Assembly: GCA_038087875.1 (NCBI GenBank)
Contig: JAXLNO010000254.1
Coordinates: 1-64,000 of the forward strand
Source: Malacoraja senta
Taxonomy: Eukaryota
Direction of reading: 5' to 3'
DNA length: 64,000 bases
This document shows, piece by piece, positions 36,721 through 49,150 of this stretch (position 1 is the first letter of the stretch; every line of letters starts with the position of its first letter). The position numbers and the translations under genes were made by a program. The notes under the pieces were generated by a model. The model did not search any database. It had not been told where the DNA came from and worked only from the letters and a program-made list of their open reading frames with translations.

Positions 36721-38289
36721 ATGTCGCCTGGAAGTTGCTGCAGGAAGAAAACCCTGGTCCTTAACAGCAGCGCGGTGCGGGAGAGTCGCAGTCGAGGCCC
36801 GGTGGAAGGGGCGCCAAGTTCTGCGCTCGGCGAGCAGCCGGGGTCCGAGACGGGCCCGACCTGGGCCAGGGGGCAGCGGAGCCCGGAGCTGGGGACAGCG
36901 GAGCCCGGAGCTGGGGACAGCGGAGCCCGGAGCTGGGGACAGCGGAGACCCGGAGCGTGGAGCCGGGCAGCAGGCAACGGGCGGTGGAGCTTGGGGCTGG
37001 GCAAGAGGCAGCAGGGGAGCCGGTGCATTGGCCACAGGCAACCGGCAGGCGAAGATGGCGGGCATGCTGCTGGTCTTGGCAGGTCTAGAGTAAAGCCTGA
37101 GATCTACAAGACTGTTGACGGTAAGGTTATTGTTGAGGATCAGTTACTTAACTTTCTTGCTGTAAAGATTAAGACCTTAAGCCAGGATGAGATCATTCTT
37201 CTGGCTGCAAACACTTTTGATTCTGAGTGGATAGAGTCCTCGAAGAAAGTTCTGTTTGAACTCTGCCCCACTACACAGCGGAACGTTTCCCATAAAGGGG
37301 CACAGAAAGGCGTTAACAACATAAAGAGTTGCCTTAAAGTAATGAATGAGTGTGGCGAGAATACTCCCAGATTTGTCTCTCATTACTTGGATGAACTGCC
37401 GCCGGTGACATTTTCTAACATGGATGTCTCGAGCCTACTTCGGAGAATGGAGCAGCTGTATGCTGAGGTCTGTTCTATGAAGCATGTCATGCAGCTACAG
37501 GCTGATGTAAGCGAAGATTTTCGTGCCATCACAGTGGAAATTGATCGGCGAGCGGGTGCATTGGAGCGCACCTTGATCACTACTCCAGTGTGTGCATTGG
37601 AGCGCACCACTGACCTGACTCGGGGCAGGGGTCCGGATGCATCGGCGGCGATGGATGGAGCCATTAGCATGGCAGACACAGCACTGGGAGCTGCACTGGC
37701 AGGAGCCTCTTGCTTAGTTGTTGGAGTGAAGGCTGCGGCGGTGGGCCTTGCCTTAAACGTGGAGAGGGCAAAGGCAATGCATTGTCCCAGTGGTTTAACG
37801 TTGCAAGACTCTCTAAAGTGGAGTCATGTTGTGAAAAAGGGTCGACGTCATGCTCCTGAGAACACTGTTGGTGAGCCAAAACTGTGGACTATTACCACCG
37901 GGCAGAGAAAGAAATCCAGTAATGCTGTGCCTATTATTGGTACCGGAGCTGCGGGTAACATCAAAATGATCAAGACTAAGCTGGTGAGTGTTTTTGCCTC
38001 CAAGTTTTCACCGGATCTAGACGCCAAAACTTTATCTGTGTATCTTAAAGAAAAACTTGGCCGTGAGGTTACCTGTCAAAAGATTGACACTGTATACAGT
38101 AGATACTGTTCATTTAAAGTATCTGCGGAATGTAATGAGGTTGGCGAAATGTACAATCTGGAGCTCTGGCCAGAAGGGGCATTTGTCCAGCGCTATTACG
38201 AGCCGCGCAGGGTTGGAGTCATCGGATCAAGCACTGCGCCTGCCGCGGGGAGAATGAGTGTGCCTGCTGGTGCTAGGGGCACTCACTAG
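36721..38289 (+). CDS. LINE ORF1 protein (522 aa open frame; true start uncertain)
   Basis: Uninterrupted frame ending just before the ORF2 ATG. It has a coiled-coil-like centre and an RRM-like C-terminus (VFASKFSPDL...YCSFKV...LWPEGAFVQRY). A 21-bp tandem repeat lies at about 36874-36950. Confidence 0.65.
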   Translation: MSPGSCCRKKTLVLNSSAVRESRSRGPVEGAPSSALGEQPGSETGPTWARGQRSPELGTAEPGAGDSGARSWGQRRPGAWSRAAGNGRWSLGLGKRQQGSRCIGHRQPAGEDGGHAAGLGRSRVKPEIYKTVDGKVIVEDQLLNFLAVKIKTLSQDEIILLAANTFDSEWIESSKKVLFELCPTTQRNVSHKGAQKGVNNIKSCLKVMNECGENTPRFVSHYLDELPPVTFSNMDVSSLLRRMEQLYAEVCSMKHVMQLQADVSEDFRAITVEIDRRAGALERTLITTPVCALERTTDLTRGRGPDASAAMDGAISMADTALGAALAGASCLVVGVKAAAVGLALNVERAKAMHCPSGLTLQDSLKWSHVVKKGRRHAPENTVGEPKLWTITTGQRKKSSNAVPIIGTGAAGNIKMIKTKLVSVFASKFSPDLDAKTLSVYLKEKLGREVTCQKIDTVYSRYCSFKVSAECNEVGEMYNLELWPEGAFVQRYYEPRRVGVIGSSTAPAAGRMSVPAGARGTH

Positions 38290-41153
38290 TCTCACTAAAT
38301 GAACATTCGGGTACTAGCGTACAACTGTCGTGGCCTGCGTTTGGGCCAGAGCGCAGGGGGATAAAGCTCGCCGCTCAGTTATTGACAACCTTCTGGAGAA
38401 CTGTGACATACTATGTATGCAAGAGACATTCTTAGCGAAGCAAGACTTGGACAAACTCAATTCTCTCAATGACAACTTTCATGGGGCTGGGGAGTCTACA
38501 ACTGACCTTGGCATGGGAATAGTCAGAGGTAGGATACCAGGGGGTGTGGCTATTCTATGGAACAAGAAGCTTGACTCATCAATAAATGTGGTTCAGCTTG
38601 ATGCTGACTGGTGCATTGCCATACACTTTGCTCACAACGACAAGGAATTTGTTATCCTGAATGTATATACACTCTATGAATGCCATCAGAATAAGGATGA
38701 ATATTTAAATAGGCTTGCTTTCATCTATTCTTTCATTCAAAACAATATTTATTGTAGTGTATGTCATTGGGGATATGAATGCAGATATCTCAGAAAGGAA
38801 CTCATTATTTGCCAATCATATGGTTCAGTTCTGTCAAGATAATAATTTAATATTGTCAAGCAAAGTGCTTTTACCTACAGATAGTTATACTTATATTAGT
38901 GAGGCCTGACACACTACGTCATGGCTGGACCACTGTATTAGTACAGCTGATGCACATGCCTCCTTGGGGTGTATGAGCATTCTGTACGGGGCAGCAACGA
39001 CTGATCATATACTTGTTGCTATGACAATAAATGTTGAACACATACCTGTGGTATCCAGAGATAGAAATAGCTTTAATACAGAAAAACTGGACTAGTCAAC
39101 GCTTACAAAGAAAGACATCCTAGCCTATTATGCCCATACAGATAAATCTTTAAGCAATATTCATTCATCTAAAGATGCAATAATGTGTAATAATGTTAAT
39201 TGTAAGGATATGAAGCATAGGAGAGATATCTGCTCCATGTATAATGATATAGTAAGCGCTCTATATGTAGGCAGTAAGCCCTACTACAAGCATATAAATA
39301 AGACACATAACATCAGGCCTGGCTGGAATAAGTATGTAGCTGAGTATCATACTGAAGCCACCAAATCATGGGCTATTACAGGTAGACCCAGACAGGGGCC
39401 TGTGTTTGAGTACAAGAAGCTCACTAATGCAAGGTATAAGTATGCTGTTCGCTTCATCTGTAAAAATGAGCAAGCTATGAGGGCTGATTCCATGGCTACG
39501 AAGCTGCTAAGTAACAACGCTACCGATTTTTGGAAAGCAGTGAGAGCTCTTAACAGTTGCAAAACATCTCTACCATGCACTGTAGAGGGAATCTCCTGAA
39601 CAGCTAATATCGTGGAGTTATGGCGACAACATTATAGTACTTTATTCAACTGTGTCCAAGGTGACTTGTATAGGGTGGACAATATTGAGAGTAATAGCTC
39701 AATGGCGATTGTCACATGAGGTGTATCATGCCATGAACAAGCTGTCCGAAAACAAAGCAAGTGGCTTGGATCATATTTCTGCTGAACATCTTAAGTATGC
39801 GAGTATGAGGATAGCTCCTCTCCTTGCTACTTGTTTTACAGCTTTATGACTCATGGCTTGTTACCAGACTCAATGTTGTTTGTTCTTTTAGTGCCAGTCA
39901 TTAAGGACAAAGCTGGTAAAGTAGGTAGCCTAAATAATTACAGGCCCATAGCTTTAGCCAGCATATTGTCAAAGGTTTTAGAAATAGTTCTGCTGGATAG
40001 AATAAATAAGTTTGTTAACTCCACAGATAACCAGTTTGGTTTTAAAGCTAAACATGGCACTGACTTATGCATATATGCCCTAAAGGAGATTGTAAACAAA
40101 TATAGAGGCAAAAACTCATCAATCCTTATGTGCTTATTGATGCTTCCAAAGCCTTTGACTGTGTTAATCACAGAATGCTGTTTGTTAAAATGAGTCAAAG
40201 AGGGGTGCCTAAATACATTGTGAGAATTCTGGCCTACTGGTATGCCCACCAGACTATGCAAATAAAATGGGGCAATAGGGTCTCAGCCCCATTTGGGGTT
40301 AGCAATGGTGTTAGACAAGGGGGAATTTTGTCCCGAGTCCTTTTTAATCTTTATATTGATGATCTGTCCAAACAATTGAAAGACTGTCATACTGGGTGCA
40401 TGATGGGTAATACTTTAGTGAACCATATTATGTATGCAGATGATCTTGAGGTCTTTAGTCCATCTAGCACTGGTCTCCAGCAGCTCCTTACTATATGTTC
40501 TGTGTATGGTGTGGAACATGATATTAAATATAATGCTGGTAAGAGTGCTGTTATGATCTGTAGAACCAAAGAGGATAAATGTCTAAAATGTCTTGATTTT
40601 AAATTGTCTGACAATAATCTTAGTGTCTGTAATAAGGTAAAATATCTAGGGCATTTTATTACAGAACAAATGACAGATGATGAGGATATTTATAGGCAAC
40701 GACACATGCTGTATGTACAGGCAAATATTCTCTTGTGTAAGTTTGGTGCGTGTGAAGATGTCGCTATTTAGAGCATACTGCACACCACTCTACACTGCGC
40801 ACCTGTGGTCGAACTATGGAAAGACAAGTTTGCAGAGACTAAAGGTGTCATATAATGATGCCATGAGAACACTTCTAAGGAAACCTAGATGGTGTAGTGC
40901 TAGTAACATATTTGTGGTGGCAGCAGTCAGTACTTTAGAAGCTATCCTAAGAAATCATATTTATAAATTCATTTGCAGGATAAATGACTAAAAATGTAAT
41001 TATTGTGGCCTTGTCAAACATAAGGTTTAGCACTACACGCTACGAATCCCAGTTGTGGAGACACTAGTATCATTGTCTCATTGTAGGACATTGATCATTC
41101 TTTTATTCTGGATTTTAATTCATGTATTGTGTTTTTTAATTTTTTTATATATA

Positions 41154-44100
41154 ATTTTACTTCGGAGTCACATGAGTGATTCCATGAAGAAGTCCCGCCA
41201 GTGCGCATGCGCGTCAGTACGTCAGCCGCATTGGCGCACGGAGGCTGTGAGGAGCAGAGCTCCTCCAGTGATAAGTATTTGCAACTCCAAGGTAAGTGAA
41301 AAAACTTTGTTGGAGTTTCCGGTCCGTTTGCAGTGGTGCTCTGTTGGACAGATTTTCGCAGGCGCCATGGATAAGATGGGCAAGGGTAAGAGGCGAGCCG
41401 CGAAACCGGTAGACAGCCGCGGGAGTGCAGTAGGTGAAGGGCTGCCTCATACCCCTGTACAGTCGCCGGCTGGGAGCGTGGCGACTGTGGGCTTGGGTTT
41501 AAAAACAAGAGAGCCAGCGCCAGTCAGGCGCAAGGCAACGCACAAGTCCGTCAGGCCCATGGAGGAGGAGTCGGGTCGGGAGGATTCGCCTCCGGGGCTG
41601 GATACCACTTTTGAGCGAATATTGCAAATGGAGAGCCTGTTACACAGGTTGCTCGAACAAGGCACACTCATGGAGGAGTGGAGTCAGAGCCAGGCTGGAG
41701 AAGCCAGGCCAGCAGCACCTAGTAAAGTGCTGCTTGAGAGCACCCTCATTGATGAGGCGCGTGCACTGGGTCAGCAGAGTTCTGACCCCGACTCTTGACG
41801 GTGAGGCCAATTCAAGCGAAGAACGGCAGCTGCCAGATATTCCACCTCTGGCAGTACAATTCGCTGACCCGTCAGAGTCCGGAGAGCCACTGGGAGAAGA
41901 GCTGGCCTCCACGATCAACTATTTGGTCTCACATCAGCTCCAGCAGCTTACTATGGACGAAACTGCCAAAAAGCACGAGACCCCGAGTAGCTGTGTGCTA
42001 CTAAAAGCACCGGCAGTGAACCAGGTCATATGGGGTCAGATGGGCTTGGGCATGCGAGCCCAAGAAATAAAATTGCAGAGAATTTTGAAGCTGCTGGGTT
42101 CAGGAATAACGGCGTTTGCAAGAACGATGGGTGGAGGGCAGGTGACAGAGTTGCATCAAGAGGCACTGGGATTGCTACGTAGCGCCCACTTTGAGATCAA
42201 TTGTCTCAGGAAGGGTGCCATTCAGCCCACCATCAACCCCAAGTTTGCAGCACTCTGTAACGTGCAGCCACCCAACTTAATCTTCGGAGAAGACCTTGCG
42301 AAACGGGTAAAAGAGTTGGATGACGAGGCAAAAACGGCAGGGTTGATCAGAATACCGATGGTCAGCAAGTCTGTGAAGAGGAGGTATCCCTACAGACGAC
42401 ATACAGATCCTGGGCCTACACCAGGACCAAGTCGGCGGTCAACGCACGTGCGTAGTTGGCGCCCTGCATGGACAAGCGGGGGGAATCGGGAATCGGGGAC
42501 CACAGGTCACTCAGGTTACCAAGGAGGTAGGTGGGCCTGGTTTCTCATGTGAACATATTAAAGGCAAAACAGCCAAGGGTTGGAGACAGATTACATTTGT
42601 TCTATAAGAATTGGAAACAAATTACTTCAGATCCATTTATTCTGAGTATTATTCAAGGGTTTCGAATTGAGTTCGATCCAAATGGTAATTTGCCCTCCAG
42701 CATGTTCCTAGGAGAACACTCCAAATTTCATAAAAAGAAGTCATGGAGGTTCAGGTTGAACTTGACAATTTGTGTAATAAAGGAGTAATTGAAAGGTTGG
42801 TTTCAAGCCCACCTAATTTGTGTCTAATATTTTTCCATGACCTAAAAAGGACGGAGGATGTAGAATTATTTTGGATCTGACAAGTCTTAATCCTTTTGTA
42901 CAGTATAGACACTTCAAAATGGAAACATTTGTGACTGCCAATCAACTTTTTCCCAGAGCATGTTATAAGGCAACTATAGATCTGAAAGATGCATATTATC
43001 TCAGTGTCTGTTCATTTGAAAGAATATTCACTAAATTGTTAAAGCCAATACTGGGGCTACTTAGAGTCCAGGGTCATGTGGTGATGGCTTTACTGGATGA
43101 TATCCTAATTATAGGACGAACAACAGAATTAGCTGAGTCATCTGTGCAAGTTGTTAAATCCACTTTTCAACGTTTTTTTTTTTTAATTCATCCAGAGAAA
43201 TCAAGATTAACACCACTTACAACAATTGATTATTTGGGTTTCACAATTGATTCAATTCGTATGGTAATAACTTTGCTCAAGGAAAAAAGGGTGGAGCTAA
43301 TTGACGGTTGCATTAACCTGTTGAATGAGCAACGACCTTCAATTAGACAGGTGGCCAGCTTGCTGGGAAAATTATTGGCAGCTTTTCCGGCAGTGCAATA
43401 TGGGCCTTTGCACTACCAGCAGCTAGAAAAGGCCAAAGGAACAGGCACTGAGGATACATTGTGGCCATTTTGATAGGCCCATGCAGTTAACAACAAACGC
43501 TGCTTCTGATTTGCAGTGGTGGATTCAACATGTCTCCAGTAGTTCCAGCAAAGTATTGATTGAACAGCCTTCCATGATCTTACAGACTGATGTCAGTGCA
43601 CTAGGAGGATGCCACTGATATGACATCCAGCTGCGGAGGCAGATGGAATATGGAAGAGGCATTGTTTCTGCAGACATGGGGAATCAACTATTTAGAGCTG
43701 TTGGGAGGTTTTTGTGGGTTTAAAGCTTATTGTTCTAACACAACTAACCTGCATGTTCAGCTTCAAATTGACAATACTACAGCAATAGCATATATTAATC
43801 ACATGGGTGGAATCAAGTCGGTGTCTTGTGACAGATTGGCTAATCGAATCTGGACTTGGTGTATTGCCAAAAATATTTGGATTTCAGCTATATATCTACC
43901 AGGTAGATTCAATATAGTAGCAGACACCAGGTCGCGAAAATTCCATGACAACATAGAATGGATGTTGAATCGGGATGTATTCTATGATATAGTAGTGAGA
44001 TTTGGAAGGCCAGATATCGACTTGTTCGCATCCAGACTCAACCACCAGCTACCGAGATATGTGTCATTGAAACCAGATGCTGGGGCATTAGCGATTGATG

Positions 44101-45834
44101 CTTTCTCGCTATATTGGAGTGTTATGTTTCTACCATTCTGTCTCATAAGTCGGCGTCTGCTCAAAATCAAGCAGGATGCCGCCTCTGGGGTGCTGGTGGT
44201 ACCGGACTGGCCTACTCAGCCATGGTTTCCTTTGATATTCGAATTAATGACACAACCTCTGATGGAGGTCCCCAAAAGAAGAGATTTACTGGTGCATCGG
44301 GTAACTGGAGAGCAACATCCGTTATATGACCGTATGGATCTGTTAATTTGCAGGTTTTAAGAAGGCCATATCTCGGGCGAGGACTGTCTGGGCGTACTGT
44401 GGACATGCTCACTGCAACCTGGAGGAAGAGTACTCAAAAGCAGTACATTTCTTATGTAAAGAAATGGGAAAATTTCTGTGTACAAAAGAATATTGAATAT
44501 TGTACGGCAGTTATCTCGCATGTCCTAGATTTTGTGTCAACACTCTATTACGATGAGGAGTTGAGTTATAGTGCGATTAATTCAGCCAGAAGTGCATTGT
44601 CCTCGTATTTATTGATGGGATCAGAAAGACATCCTGTTGGGTCTCATCCTCTCGTTACCAGATTGATGAAAGGAATTTTTAATTCCAGACCTCCTAAACC
44701 TAGGTACATGGCAATCTGGGATGTAAGTGTGGTTCTCAAGCTACTTCGTCAATGGACTCCTGGTACGTCTCTGACTTTGGCCAAACTCGTCATGAAGGTG
44801 GTCATGCTTATGGCACTAGTATCAGCACAGCGAGTGCAAACATTGCAAAAGTTACACAGACAGGATGGAAGTAGCTCCAGATAATGTTATGTTTTACATT
44901 TATGACCTACTCAAACAAAGCAGGCCAGGTGTGACAGGATTCAAGATTGTTTTCTCAGCATATCCCACAGATCCATGTCTATGTGTTAAGACATATTTGC
45001 TGCAATACATTGAGGCCACAAAGGCTTTACAAAATATGGAAACAGGGTTGTTTATCACTCACAAAAAAACACACAAGAGAGTATCAGTGCAGACAATTTC
45101 AAGTGGTTAAAACAAGTCTTGATTGCTGCAGGTATTAAAACTGATGTTTTTACATCCCATTCCACTAGGGCAGCAGCAACTTCGGCAGCCAGGGCGATGG
45201 ACGTCCCCGTCGACCATATTCTCGCAGCCGCCGGGTGGTCCAATGAGTTGGTGTTTCAACAATTTTACCATCGGCCAATTGCCGATACAGGGCTGTTTGC
45301 AAATACTATATTAAATTCTGTTTAAGTTTCCCCTGGGTTTGAGGGGATACTGTTAATTCTGTTATTCGAATAAATTAGTTACTGCATTTTCATGCAATGT
45401 AATTATTAATGCATTATTGATTATTTCTCGTTTTCCGAGTCAATCAATGCAGTGAGAAGCCGGGATTTGAATCTGCGGCATGAAATCACAAAGCTTTGAA
45501 TCCTTCACGGAATCACTCACGTGACTCCGAAGTAAAATAGTAAGATTAAACGAGAACTTACCAGTTTGAAGTTTGATCTTTATTTTATGAGGAGTTACGT
45601 TGGTGATTACGTGCCCTCCACGCCCAACCCTCTCTCATAAGTTCAGCTGGTAGTTCTCAAGTTACTCATTTTACTATGTTACTTCGTTAATTGTTGTTTG
45701 TGATTTCATACCGCTGCTTTGAAGATTGACGTGCATGCGCACTGGCGGGACTTTTTCATGTAATCACCAACGTAACTCCTCATAAAATAAAGATCAAACT
45801 TCAAACTGGTAAGTTCTCGTTTAATCTTACTATT
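41154..45834 (+). mobile_element. DIRS1-type tyrosine-recombinase retrotransposon, copy 1, full length, ORFs decayed
   Basis: gag-like about 41367-42550. RT/RNase H (IDLKDAY, LLDDILI, INYLEL, IDNTTA). MTase (IDLFASRLN...VPDWPTQPW). YR 44348-45325 (SAQR, HSTR, GWS, FY). ITRs at about 41183-41216 and 45727-45760, ICR at about 45503-45613, ATT at both ends. Confidence 0.95.
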
Positions 45835-46109
45835 TATGATGCTTTTATGTAATATACTAAGATTTTATATGTAGTTTATGATGTTTTTAATATGCAATGC
45901 ATTTTTATGTAATGTTGCCCCTTGTCTGGACCTTGAGTCCGAAATAAAGTTTATTATTATTATTATTATTATTATTATGTTACAGGGAGGAGAATGGGAT
46001 TGAGAGGGAAAGATAGACAATTCTGCGCCTTTGACCATGATTGAACGGCGGAGTAGACTCGATGGGCCGAATGAGCTAATTCTGCGCCTATGACTTATGA
46101 ACTTATGAA

Positions 46110-47030
46110 CCTTCTGCCAGGGCACGGGCCTTGAGATGAATGTGAAAAAGACCAAGGGTTTCCATGTGGTCAACAAGAGAAAGACATGTCTACAATCCAT
46201 TAAATAACTGGACAATAAACAAGGGCTCAAGCGATCACATAAAACCAGGGGAGATCGAGAAATATCCCGGTGCATGTGTCGACCCGCTGCTCAGGGGTGA
46301 CCAATGAAAACTGGTACTTAAAACTGGATAAATAGTTTGACAGCCTTAAGAACACCAAGCTGAAACCATTTTGAAAGATTGAGATCCTTAGGGCCCACAT
46401 GGTCCCAAGATTGTATTACCACCTTAACCTCATTCTTATTCTCTAGGCTTTAGCCAGAGTGTGGTGAATCTGTGGAATTCATGGCCACAGAAGCCTGTGG
46501 AGACCAAGTCAATGGATATTTTTAAGGCAGAGATAGATAGATTCTTGATTAGTATGGGTGTCACGGTTAATAGGGAGAAGGCAGGAGAATGGGGTTGAGA
46601 GGGAAAGATAGATCACCCATGATTGAATGGCGGAGTAGACTGATGGGCCGAATGGCCTAATTCAGCTCCTAACACTTATGAACTCACGGAAGCATCCCAG
46701 AACAGGAAGTCTTATAAAGAAAACAGCAAAGGAGATCCTCCACATGCCGAGTGAAACCACGGATGGTAGCCTATATGCACAGAATTGTGATGGAGCCTAC
46801 CAAAATTAGACACATACCATCTGCAGTCGTTAGGAAACAACTATCCTTGGAACACTCGGATGTTAAAATTATCAAGGCTTCATTCCAAATGGCTGGAAAG
46901 GAAGACATCACCCAGGGGAAACAGTTAAAATTTCTGCCAGTTCTACAAGAAATCGAAGAATTCCAGAACAAAAATACACCACCTGCAAGAGATGGAGAAG
47001 CCCCGGAGTAAATCCATTCGGACATAACAT
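46110..47030 (+). mobile_element. R2-clade (RLE-type) non-LTR element fragment, interrupted by a CR1 tail at about 46432-46683
   Basis: Manual translation: FCQGTGLEMNVKKTKGF..NNWTIN..IKPGEIEKYPG..VDP..KLKPF*KIEILRAHMVPRLYY..KEILHMPSETTDGSLYAQNCDG..HIPSAVVRK. This is collinear with recalled R2 RT thumb and linker motifs. Confidence 0.7.
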
Positions 47031-47127
47031 ATCATGAATGTTTGACGGCTCTGAGCCTGTACTTGCTGGAGTTTAGAAGGATGAGGGGGGACCTCAATGA
47101 AACTTACCGAATAGCAAAAAGTCTGGA

Positions 47128-47812
47128 TAAGCCAGGCAGTAGTGCCCAACTGCCTCAAAAGTGCCACCATCGTTCCCGTCCCGAAGAAGCCCAACCCAGC
47201 CTGTCACAATGACTTTCGTCCAGTGGCTCTCACACCCATATTAATGAAGTGTTTTGAGAGGCTGGTCATGCAGCACATCAAAAACTGTCTCCCTGCCAAC
47301 CTGGACCCACTACAGTTCGCTTACAGAGCCAACAGAGGATGCAGTCTCTACAACACTCAACCTCGCACTATCACATCTCGACCGGAAGAACACCTATGCC
47401 AGGATCATCTTCATAGACTTCAGCTCGGCTTTTAACACAATCATCCCACAGCAGCTGGTGGAGAAGCTGAAGCTGTTGAAGGTGGACACTGGCACTTGCA
47501 ACTGGGTCCTTAATTTTCTGACGCAGCGGCAGCAGACAGTCAGGGTGGGCAGCCGGACATCAAGAACCATCGAAGTGAGCACTGGCTCACCCGAAGGCTG
47601 TGTCCTAAGCCCCCTGCTGTTCAGTCTGCTTACTCATGACTGCACTGCCAGACTCAGCAATAATTATATCAATAAGTTCGCTGATGACACAACAGTGGTG
47701 TGTCTCATCAGTGACAACAATGAGTCGGCGTACAGGATGGAGGTGGAGCTGCTTACAGAGTGGTACAGATCTCACAATCTCACCCTCAATGTGGAAAAGA
47801 CAAAGGAGACAG
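47128..47812 (+). mobile_element. Rex1 RT fragment, same family as 10049-13112
   Basis: ORFs 47142..47435 and 47254..47964 are nearly identical in peptide to 11265..11903 and 10673..11242. Confidence 0.9.
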
Positions 47813-49019
47813 TTAGGCACCTGTCAAAGCAAGCCACTGTTCGGTCTGAATGTCTGTTTTTAGTTCAAATTTTAGGCCTATTTTTTTTAGATATGTTAAT
47901 TTTAATTTTAAAGTTGTATGTATTTATTCTGTTTTTATTAACTGCACTGATGGGAACTGATTGAGAAACATTTTTTTGGTTTCTTCTGTGTATGTAAGTA
48001 CTCAGTTAAAATGACATTAAAGCAAATACTGAATGTGGGGAGGATGTTTTCTCCAGTGGGAGAGTCTCGGACCAGAGGGGACGGCCTCAGAATAGGACGA
48101 CGTACCTTTAGAAAGGAGATGAGGAGCAATTTCTTTAGTTGGAGGGTGGTGAATCTGTGGAATTCATTGCCAGACAGCTGTGAAGGCTAAGTTATTGAGT
48201 ATTTTTAAAGTGAAGGTTAACAGGTTCATGATTAGTAAGGGCGTCAAAGGTTGTGGGGAATAGGCAGGAGAATAGGGAAAGGAAGATCGGCCATGATTGA
48301 ACGGCAAAGTGCATTAGATGGGCTAAATGGCCTAATTATGCACCTAGGACTTATGAACATAACACCGACGAAGGAAGAAAAAGCCACCTAACATTTATTG
48401 GAACAGGAGAGGCTTAGAGTTCTGATAGTGGGCGAGCCTTCACAATAACAGCTGGGAATCACACCAGTTTATAAACAGACTCTTGCTGAGGTGTAATCTA
48501 TACCCAACAAGATGCACTATCAGACATTGAAGGGCTCAATACGTGAAAACGTGCAGGTGTCAGAGGTTATGGGGAGACGGCAGGAGAATGGGATTATGAG
48601 GGAGAGATAGATCAGCCATGATTGAATGACGGGATAGACTTGATGGGCAGAATGGCCTAAATCTGCTATCACTTATGACATTATAATATCCCTCTAACTC
48701 TTTCCTTTCCATGCACCTGTTCAATTGTCTTTAGGAAGGTTGAAAGGAGATGGCTGAACTCTCTTATTGCCTATCCCTTGTGGCATGAATATTACTTGCC
48801 ATCAGCCTCACAATATCAGCCTCAACATGGAATTTGTCAAGGCCTCTGATTCCCTCAAAATATATGATTGGAGGGTAGTGCTGTCCCCTCACCAGCAAAC
48901 AGCCAAATTTCTAACGTTGTTGTTAGGCGGCATTTGGATCATGTACGCTGTCGAACCTACGGAAGACGTAATGAAGCTATAGAAATGGTTCCTGTTGTCA
49001 ACGACCAAGCTACTTCAGT

Positions 49020-49150
49020 CTGAAGAAGGGTTTCGGCCCGAAACGTTGCCTATTTCCTTCGCTCCATAGATGCTGCTGCACCCGCTGAGTTTCTCCAGCA
49101 TTTTTGTGTACCTTCGATTTTCTAGCATCTGCAGTTCCTTCATTAACACT
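49020..49150 (+). mobile_element. 131-bp Penelope-like terminal fragment with a minimal hammerhead-ribozyme core and a 13-bp TSD
   Basis: Flanked by AAGCTACTTCAGT at 49007-49019 and 49151-49163. Starts CTGAAGA-A-GGGT-TTCG-GCCC-GAAA-CGTT. Confidence 0.7.

Larger units (their letters stand above)
36700..45978 (+). mobile_element. Near full-length two-ORF LINE, RTE-X-like, with a DIRS element nested in its 3' UTR
   Basis: ORF1 is 36721..38289. ORF2 starts at ATG 38299 (MNIRVLAYNCRGL, CMQETF, GDMN, YRPIALA, NQFGF, DASKAFD, GVRQGGILS, YADD) and has many stops and frameshifts. The 3' UTR resumes after 45834 and ends in AATAAA + (ATT)n. Clade assignment is from recalled motifs and the 5' boundary is approximate. 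Confidence 0.8.

Noticed and set aside
44348..45325. Prophage integrase or bacterial contamination (tyrosine recombinase plus Dam-like domain)
   Set aside because: Both domains lie inside a DIRS element with RT, RNase H, ITRs and ICR, nested in vertebrate repeats.
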